NCBI RefSeq assembly: GCF_009834535.1
Contig: NC_045696.1
Span: 2,730,001 to 2,794,000 of the forward strand
Direction: 5' to 3'
Origin: Camelus ferus
Taxonomy: Eukaryota
Length of the DNA: 64,000 bases
Shown here: positions 1 to 9,400 of the stretch, piece after piece
Layout: the number at the start of each line of letters is the position of its first letter
Position numbering within the stretch: the stretch's first letter is position 1
The notes under the pieces: generated by a model
Told to the model about the DNA's origin: nothing
The model's database searches: none
What the model saw: the letters and a program-made list of their open reading frames with translations, nothing else
Translations under genes and position numbers: made by a program

Positions 1-323
1 CCTCTAACCATCTTCGGGGTCCCCTTCCTTGGACGAGCCCCGTGTCACAGCGAGCTCCACGCATTTGCTGCCATTGCCCCTGTTCCCTCCCAGGCACCCA
101 GTGAGAGCTGAGGAATCGGGGTTCAGTGCTGCACCCCGCTTTTCTCTGGGCACACTCGCTTTTCTGTCTCTGCCCCCACATGCCCTTCTCCCTCATGTGA
201 GGGCGGAAGGGGGTGATGCTGGGCACTGGGAATCCTGCAGCACCCACTCCCCTGGGCATTCCCGGGGGTGGCCGGGTCTGGGGGGGTGCTGTGGGCCCCC
301 CTCACCCCATGTGCTGCCCCCAG

Positions 324-403
324 GGATCGGGCTGGCTCTGGCTGCCGCTGTGAAGGGCTACCGCTGCATCATCGTGATGCCAGAGAAGATGAGCACGGAG
401 AAG
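324..403 (+). CDS. CBS: CBS exon, 80 nt ([27 protein letters not shown])
   Basis: cccag|GG acceptor, AAG|gtgggg donor. Confidence 0.96.
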
Positions 404-3400
404 GTGGGGCCTGGGGTGCTGGGGGCGGAGAGCTGGGGAGGTGTGGGGCAGGGCGTCTCCCGGGCCCCCGTCCCCGCGCTGCAGGCCTGGCAGTGCAATG
501 AAGGCTGCAGCGTGCCTCTGCAGGTGGATGTCCTGCGCGCCCTGGGGGCTGAGATCGTGAGAACTCCCACCCAAGCCAGATTCGACTCCCCCGAGTCACA
601 TGTAGGGGTTGCCTGGAGGCTGAAGAATGAGATCCCCAATTCCCACATCCTGGACCAGGTGAGGCGCCAGGGCCCGGGGGCGAGTAGGTGCCCAGCGGTT
701 GGGACCTCAGTGGGGCCCTCCCGGGGGGGCTCTGTGGGGGCTTGGGGGTGGTGTTGCACGCGTGCTGCAGAGGTGACTGAGGTGCTGGCACGGGGTCGCT
801 GGCTGCTCCCGGCCCGTTCAGGTCCCCCAGCCAGCGGGGTCGGCCAGGCTGTTGCCTCTGCTGTCCGCTCCGCACACTGGGCTGGAAGGCCCTTTGCAGA
901 GGGCCTGGGACGCTCTCTACAGGCATCAGACATGAAAAGCTTCTTGCTGGAAGCTCTCTGCCACTTGTTCCACTTCTGGGTTAATTCAGAAATCGCGTCT
1001 TCTGGAGAGTTGGTCTTAGTGCTTGGCATCTGTTGAGGTGCCTGTGTCCTTCTCTGAGCTGCTGGGATCCTCTCCGGCTTGCGCTGAGCTGTTTGCCTGG
1101 CGCCCTGTGGCTGCTGCCAGTTCTGTGCATCGACCTGAACATGGCTCCTCTGCTGTCTTTTCTCACAGTACCGCAACGCCAGCAACCCCCTTGCCCACTA
1201 TGACATCACGGCCGAGGAGATCCTGCAGCAGTGTGACGGTGTGTACTTCTAGCCTAACCCTGCTGTCCATCTTGACTGGGAGTGTAGAAGTTACTTACCC
1301 TCTCCTTGGTAAACTCCTACTCATCCTTCAAAACCCAGCTCAAATGTCCCCTCTCTATAAAATGTTTTCTAGAGCATTTCCCTAGAGCAGTTTCCGGCCT
1401 CTATGGTGTTCTCTTGGACTTTGCCCTTGCCTCTCCTATAATATCAAACATACCGTCTTTGTTTACCTAGCCATCTTTCCTCCAAACCTATAGGAGCTCC
1501 TGAGCACAGGGAACAAGTGTGTCCCAGGCTGGTATGGGGCTCACAGCAGGGGTGTCACATTGCTGATTGGCACTTGGCATCAAGCCCCAACTTGGCACTG
1601 AATTCAACATTCAGGTTTTCTCATCTCCAGGTCTGGGGTGGTGACGTCCTACTCTGTATGGACAGGAGGCATCTTGGAACCTCTCCACACATTTGGTGCC
1701 AAGGCCGGTTGGGGTTGTGATGTTTCCTGATGGGCCATCTCCCTAAGAGATTTTCAGGACGAGTTCCAGGGGGTTGGCACCCGCCTTGGCTTCCTGTTGG
1801 AGCCTGATGTTGGCTTAAATGCACCTCGTTCCGTGCCCGGGAGCCAGGCAGCAGAGTCCGGGTATTTGCTCACCCAGGTTTTATGTGTGAGAATCTTCTC
1901 ATTTGGCAAAACCAGCCTTTCTGCCTCATCACAGGGGCCCGTGCTGACTTGTCTGCAGGTGCCCGAGCTGGCCCCTGGGCCCCCTGAGAGCCCAGACGAT
2001 GTCTGAGCCGAGCTGAGTGATTTATGCCAGTTCATTTCATAATTCAGCCCACTTACTCACGTCGAACAAAACCAGAGAGCTCAGGAAAGTGTGAGGGGCC
2101 GCTCCCGGGCTCAGCCCTCAGCCCCGTGCCCTGCCCCCCACAGGACGCCACCTTACCTACGACTCACAGATTCAGGACAGACAGGGATTTCAGTGGCGTC
2201 TGTCCTTTAGCAAAGACTTCAGTGAGGACTCCGGGTCCCTGTCACTGTCAACGCCTCTTAAAGATAAAGGACTGTGATCAGAGGTTTTAAATTTGAGAAC
2301 AGTTTCTTTAGAGCTTTTTGACAACCCGTCTTCCGTGTGCTTGAGTATGTTTTTGCACATTATTGAGAGTGGTGGGCTGGCCGTTACGGCCGGCCGAGAA
2401 CGTTCTCCCTGACGCAGCATCTCCCCCTCAGGGAAGCTGGACATGCTGGTGGCTTCCGCGGGCACGGGCGGCACCATCACGGGCATCGCCAGGAAGCTGA
2501 AGGAGAAGTGCCCGGGGTGCCAGGTGAGCGGCCCGGGGCTGCGAGGGTGCCGCCCTGTCCGGGAGAGGTGGGCCTGGACGTGAGCGCGTTTCCCACCCGA
2601 GGCCTGCGCTGCCGTTGGAGGCTTCATCGTTAAGCTCTCTGGCGTTGGGTAGAGTGGAAGGTTCTCGTCCCTGCCATTTCTGTGTAGACAGCCTTGTGTC
2701 TCACACGGTGGGCGCGCCTGCACCTGCCTGGAGATAAATGGCCCAGCAGCCCACGACGGGCCCCCAGATGAGCCAGGGTTGGGGGGGAGTCAATTTGGGT
2801 GGCCTCGAAGGATCATTCCAGAAGCCATAAGCACTCAGGTCCATGTCCTGCGGCTGCCCTGCCAGGGGCTCTGAGAGCCAGGGACGGGTACCTGGATTTG
2901 GAATTGAGTGGGCCTGGGGAGGGGCTCAGGGAGACGCCCCACTGGTGGCTCTTCCCTGCAGCCGGTCTCTGTGCCGTCTGGGAAGGGCAGTCCCAGCACC
3001 GCCCCTTGCCCCCAGACTGCTGTCCCAGGGGTCATCTCTCGAGGCTGTCCTGGGGCACCCTGCACGTGGGGGGCATTCCCAGGAGGCCACCTCCCCAGCC
3101 TCGAGCCACCCACCCCGAGTGCCCGGAGCTGGGGTTTGCCTCATCACCTCCCAGTGCCAGGCCTGGGTTTCTGGGCTTCCAGTCTTGCCCCTGAGACCTG
3201 GGAACAGCAGGGGGCCCTCACCCCAAGCATAGCCGCACGCGGCCAGGTGAGACTTTCCCAGATGTGAGCCCTGACGCCACCCGCTCTTCAGATCATTGGG
3301 GTGGACCCCGAAGGCTCCATCCTTGCAGAGCCCGAGGAGCTGAACCGGACGGAGCAGACGGTCTACGAGGTGGAGGGGATCGGCTATGACTTTGTCCCCA

Positions 3401-6400
3401 CAGTGCTGGACCGGACGGTAGGCGGGGGCAATGACAGGCCCAGCCTGAGGTCGCACCCTTGCACCCGCTGACCACGAGCAGAGAAGCGAGCCCTGGTGCA
3501 CAGTCCCGGGGGCCAAGACTTGGTACACGCAGTCCTGTGGCCATGATGAGCGCGTGCAGTGGCCCCACGGAGCAGATACGGAGGCCGCTGTGGGGGGGGG
3601 AGGGGTGGCACGTCCAGCCTGCACACAGATCAGGACCCTGCAGAGGGAGGGAGCAGGCAGCTGAGGCAGGCAAGCAGGCCAACGTGGGCGGTGGGACCGC
3701 AGGAAAGGCTCTCTGTGAGGATGCTAGAGGACGCTTGGCCCGAGAGACCAGGAGCGTGGCCATGCAACAGGGCTGGCACGCAGTTTTAGTACCCCAGGCG
3801 CACAATGTGCTCGACGGAGGCGGGGGAAGCCTTGGGTCTGCAGAGCGAGTCCCAGATCCCAGACGAGGGGCCAGGCCACACCCCTGGAGGGTCGCGGCCA
3901 CTTGGGCTGAGGCCGGCAGGGAGGGTGCAGACCAGATGGTGGGCTCCCTGCCCGCCCTACCCAGAACCACCCAAGTGCCAAGCTCCCGGCGCCGCCTGGC
4001 TGACCGCCTGCCCTCGGCCGCCCGCAGGTGGTGGACAAGTGGTTCAAGAGCAACGACCAGGACGCCTTCGCCTTCGCCCGCATGCTGATTGCGCAGGAGG
4101 GGCTGCTGTGCGGTGAGCGGGGCGCCGGGCTGCGGGCGGCTGGCTGCTTGCCCTCCGCCAGCCTCCAGGCCAGCGTGTGAGGATGCCCTCCCTACTTCTG
4201 AGGCTGCCCCACCCGCCTGCCCCCCATCTGCTCCAAGCCTTTGGGGTTCCGGGTGAGGGTTTGGTTCTGAAACCCTGAGCAGGCGTGAGGCTCCGTGGTA
4301 TCGAGGAGAACGTACACGTTCTCCTAGCTCCTCCCCTTGCACACATAGCTGCACACTGCGCCCCGGCAGGTCTGACCCCCGGGCCCTCTCGGCAGGTGGC
4401 AGTGCCGGCAGTGCCATGTCCGTGGCCGTGAAGGCCGCCCGGGAGCTGCAGGAGGGCCAGCGCTGCGTGGTGATCCTGCCCGACTCCGTGCGGAACTACA
4501 TGTGAGGCGCGCTCCCCCTCTGTTGCCCCTCCCCCTCCGCTTCCTCCAGCACTTAAGCTGTCACTGTCACTGCCCCCGGGGGTCTGCGCTGACAGCTGAC
4601 GGCAGGAAGGAGGCAGGCTGGGGGTCCCGGGAGTTCACGTTTTCTCAGCCTGTTCGTCCCCGGCTCGGGGCTCCCAGATGCCTCTGAAGTCAGTGCCCGC
4701 ACCGACAGGCCGGACAGACCTCCCCAAGGGGCCACCCCTCTGGCCCCCTTGCTTCTCTGAGCTCTCTGGGCCTAACCTCCAGCCAAGGGAGGAGGAGGGG
4801 GAGGAAGACGGGCCGCCCTCAGAACAGGTCCCCGCCCCTTGCCCACCACCCACTGGCTCACCCACCCTCTGGCCTTGACCGAGGAGACCCTGGCTGGGGT
4901 CAGCAGCCTGGGGACATGCTGTGCAATGTCTGAGCCACGGCCCCCGAGGCTCCTTCGATCTGATGGTGCTGCTTCTGCACACCCGCACAAGCCCTCTCCC
5001 CACGTGGCAGCTCACAGCCTCCGCTTTGAATTCCCGTCCTCTGGGCTGACGGCCTGCCGGAGGTCACCAGCCTGAAAGTGCCAAGGGTGTTGTGTGGGAG
5101 GGAGGGAGGGAGGGAGGGAGGGAGGGGGCAGGGGCCTAAAGACCGCCCTCACAGACCCTTGGATCCTCCAGCTTCCTCCCTGGCTCGGGAGCGGCAGCTT
5201 ATACACCTTGGGTGAGCTCAGATGTCCCAGGCTGGGTCTCCAGTTGGGGGCGAGTCACCTCAGGGTCCCCTGCTGAGCTGCCCTGAGCTGCACCGCCTGC
5301 CTCCCTGACTCGGTGCATGAAAACAGACGGTCATCTCTCCATGTGCCTGGCTGGCCTGCTGTGTACACACACGTGTGTGTGATGGGAGTGTGGGTGAATG
5401 AATGTGTGCGCACACGTGTCTTCTGCACCTGCGTCTGGTCCTGGGGTCTGTGGGTCATCTCTGACCCACACTTGGTTGGCCCTCGCCTGTCTTTTTAGGG
5501 CAGGTCCCTGGCAGCCCCCAAGGCATGGTCTGGCGCCCTCTGACCCCAGGTGGGACTCAGCTAGAGCAGACGTGAGGATGGCCAGGGAAGTGGCCGCCCG
5601 GGGAGCCCTGAGCAGGGGTACGGGATGTCACAGTACCCGGGACAGAACCTCTTCCCGTTCTCTGAGCTCGTGCGGCCCTGGTGGGCCAGGCGCCCCCGTC
5701 GGCCACAGCTCCCTAGGGGCTCTCTCTGGAGTCCAGCTCTCAGGCCGCTTGGTGGAGCTTCCAGCCAGCCCCGTGGAGTCTCTGCTGGACCCTTGGGGTC
5801 TGGGCAGAAATGCTGCACTTTCTCTCTCTGAGAACCGTGTCCCCTCGGTGTGGGCAGAGGCAGTGGTGAGACCCTGTGCCAGGCCTGGTGTCTTCTGCGG
5901 CTGCAGGTCCAAGTTCCTGAGTGACAAGTGGATGTTGCAGAAGGGCTTCATGAAGGAGGAGGACCTTACGGTGAAGAAGCCATGGTGAGGGCGCCTCTTT
6001 GCAGAGACCACTCCTGGCAGCCACCCACGTGGTTGGGGCTTGAGTTCCCGGGACCCGGCTCACAGCCCCCACCGTGCCCTCTCCCCTCAGGTGGTGGCAC
6101 CTCAGAGTTCAGGAGCTGAGCCTGTCGGCTCCGCTGACAGTGCTGCCCACGGTCACCTGTGAGCACACCATCGAGATCCTCCGGGAGAAGGGCTTCGACC
6201 AGGCGCCCGTGGTGGACGAATCGGGGTCAGTCTCCGCCGCCACCCAGAGCTCGGCCCTCTGGGCTCTGCCGGGAGCCTGCGGCCTGTGCCCCTCCCTCCT
6301 GTGTCTGCAGCGCGGGCCGGGCAGCCTGGTGCACCCAAAGCTGGCTGGCTGACCTTGGCCACTGTATATACAGATGCTCAGAGCATTGGACCGCTGGTCC

Positions 6401-9400
6401 CTGAGGACTGGCCAGGGTGGGGGCTGCTCATGTTAATCCTCTGGGCCTTAACGCCTTGGTCCCACCCCACTGCACCCAGTGTGTGCACAGGAGCCGGGTA
6501 TAGCAACCTGGCCTTGCTCTGAGGACGTGCCTAACAGTGGAAGGCCATGGCAGACATGCCCTGGTGACAGTGACCAACCATCCAGTTTCTCCCAGAACTG
6601 TCCAGTTCCAGCCCTGAAAGTCCTGTGTCCTGGGACACTGGCCAGTTGTTCACCTTTGACACCAGTCAGAATGGAGACACCCAAAGGGCGTGGGTTCCTG
6701 TCTCCCTGCACTGGACAGTCGGTGTCAAGGCAGGGCACCTGGTCGCTGCTGTGCTCCTGCCACACGGAGACCCTGGGCGGGCGGTGGTTGAATTCTAAGA
6801 AGAGTTCCACGCTCGACCCCGAGGGCGGCTGTGCTGAATTCTGCTGTCTCACAGGCGGAGGGGCACCCGTGCTGACCCCTGCCCCGTCCCCTCTTCCCCA
6901 GGGCCTGTCCTGGGGATGGTGACTCTGGGGAACATGCTGTCGTCCCTGCTCGCGGGGAAGGTGCGGCCGTCGGACCAAGTTCGCAAAGTCGTCTCCAGGC
7001 AGTTCAAGCAGGTGCGAGCCCCACTCGCCCGGGCAGCTGGCGCTGAGACCAGCTCCGTCCTGGAAGGCAGGGCTTGGCCCTCAGCTCTTCCCTGGCATCT
7101 GTTGGGCCAGTGCTGGCTGGACCCCATCAGACCCATATATCTGAGAATTTGCCCCAGCTTTGCAAACCGAGAGGCCCAGGTTGGGGAGGGGCCCACGTGG
7201 GTGAGGGCTCGCCAAGTCCATACCCGGGCAATGCCAGGGTCACTCGCAAGCCCAGAGACCCTCAGTCCAGCCGAGCCAGGTGTCTGCTGGCCTGACCCTG
7301 CTCCCTGGCGCCACGCCCTGATCCTGTCCTGCGCACGCTTCCATTTAAGAGTACTGGGCACACCCGATGATTCCACAAGAGCTGGGAGGCCCTGCTGTGC
7401 GGGGCCACTCGGACCCTGTGGTCCTCCTGAGGTGGTGGCCACCCTGTGGTGGGCCTGTGTCCCTGAGGGCAGGTGGAGTCGGGGCAGCCCCAGTCCCCAG
7501 CCTCGTGGCCCCCGACACCTGACACTTGGCAGTGCCTTCCTCGACTGACCCCCAAGTGAAGGGGGTGGAGAGCTGGTGGCTGTTTTACACTCGAAGGGCA
7601 AGGGGGTTGAGCCCAGGTCTCGGAATGGATTGGGTTTCCTTCTTCCCCACCATACACGGAGCTGAGATGCTGCCAGGATCTGGTATTTCTCGCCATTTCC
7701 ACCCCACTGCCACCACCTCTAGGGTGGTCCCTGCAGGTCCCTCATCCGGGCTCTCACTCCCCGCAGCTGGAGAGACTGCAGGAGGCATAGGTGGGGTCCT
7801 GTCCGTCCCTGTCAACCCCAGCCCCCCTGGAGAGTGTCCTGATGCTGCGACCCCCAGCTCTCTCCCCTCCTCCAGTCCACCTGTCCCGGTTCTCAAAGGG
7901 GCAGTTCTGTCCTGCCGCCTTTACCCCAGTTGTCTCCACCTGGCACCCCCCACCACACCCCAGCTGTAGGTCTCAGCTCAAAGCCCCCCTCCTCTTGGCC
8001 TCCCTGACCCCAGGGCCCAGCACCTAGCACGTTGGGAGTGTTTCTCGGAGCATTCATTGCCCTCCCCCCACAGTGTAAGCTCCAAGAAGCTGTCCTGGCC
8101 CCAGTGGTCACTGAGTGGGAAGCACGGTGCCCAGTGTCACCTGCTCATCCAGCCCCTGCGGCCCCTCCCAGGAAACCCATGGTAGTGAGGGTTGTGGGGG
8201 TGAGGACCCTCTGGATCCATAAAGGACTGTCTAGGTCCAGGGACCATCAACAGAGGACCTGGTGCCATGGTGACACTAAGGGACACCTGGGGCTGGGGTG
8301 TAACTCCAGGCATGTGGGATACAGGACTCCTCCTGGAAGTCCCCTTGCAGGAGCCCGGCACCCTGACCGGGTCGGGAGGAGCCCTGCGGTGGAGTCCCAG
8401 GCTGCCTGAGCCTTTCCAGTTTCCATCGCTTTGAAAAAGCTGAGTGGCAAGCTGTCAAGTTCACTTACCCCCACCTTCCTGCTCGCCCCCTTCCCTGGGG
8501 GTTGTTTAAAGCCACAAAGATCTTGGTAAAAGGAACTGTGGCCTCAAGTGAGTTCCAAGTGCAGGGAGGTCACCTTCCATCGCCCCAGGCCTGACTCCCT
8601 GGGGACCACCAGGCGCCCGGTCCTCTCACACGTGGAAGGTCAGGAAAGGGCGTAACCAGCTCCCCCCGGCCAGGGGGCTAAACTGATGAAGAGCGTCCTC
8701 AGAAGTGATTGCAGAGACCAAGATCAGGGCCATTTAAGCCTCTTGCCCAGAGCAAACATCTTCCTCCCGGGCATCTGGCTGCTGCGACTTCCGGGTTCCA
8801 AGGCAGCTGGGCTGAGACAGGGACCCTGGGGTTGCCCCCACCCTGCATTTCCGGGGTCTGGGGCGTGAGCTGGGCCAGGCGCTGGCGGTGTGTGGGGAGG
8901 AAGGGGGTGGCTCCACGTGGACCCACATACACCTGTGGACCGAGTGGGGTGGTGGGTCTGGAGGTGGGGGTCAGCCTCGCCCCTCCTGCGCAGTGGCTGG
9001 TCTCTCCGACCCCACCCCCTGACCTTCCCTCCCCAGACTTGCTCTGTCTTGTGCCCCCCAAAGCCCCTCTCCCATCTTGGGAACTCGCTTCCCGTGAATG
9101 CCGGGTGAGTCCAGTTCTATTTTCTTTCGAAAGATGGACCTTCGATGTCCTTTTTAAAACCCTTGCCAGTTCTCACTCTGTCTGCTGAGCAGATGGTGCG
9201 GAGGGAGCCCCCACGCTCCCGCCCTCACAGCCCTGTGCCGTCGCCTCTTGCACCGATCCAGAATTTGTTACGACGGTGATGGATATCACGTCGTTAGTGA
9301 CTGACGTCCCCAGCTGACACAAGGGCTCAGTCTTCGGGTTCTGCAGCTGTGTGGGCCGTGACACGCATGCGGTGACGTGTCTTGTCAGAGCATCGCACCG

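Noticed and set aside
29..1036. 335-aa ORF containing CBS peptides
   Set aside because: Read-through of two CBS exons plus in-frame intron sequence; not an independent gene.
3293..4417. 374-aa antisense ORF over CBS exons
   Set aside because: Shadow ORF in GC-rich DNA with few stop codons; no recognisable domain.
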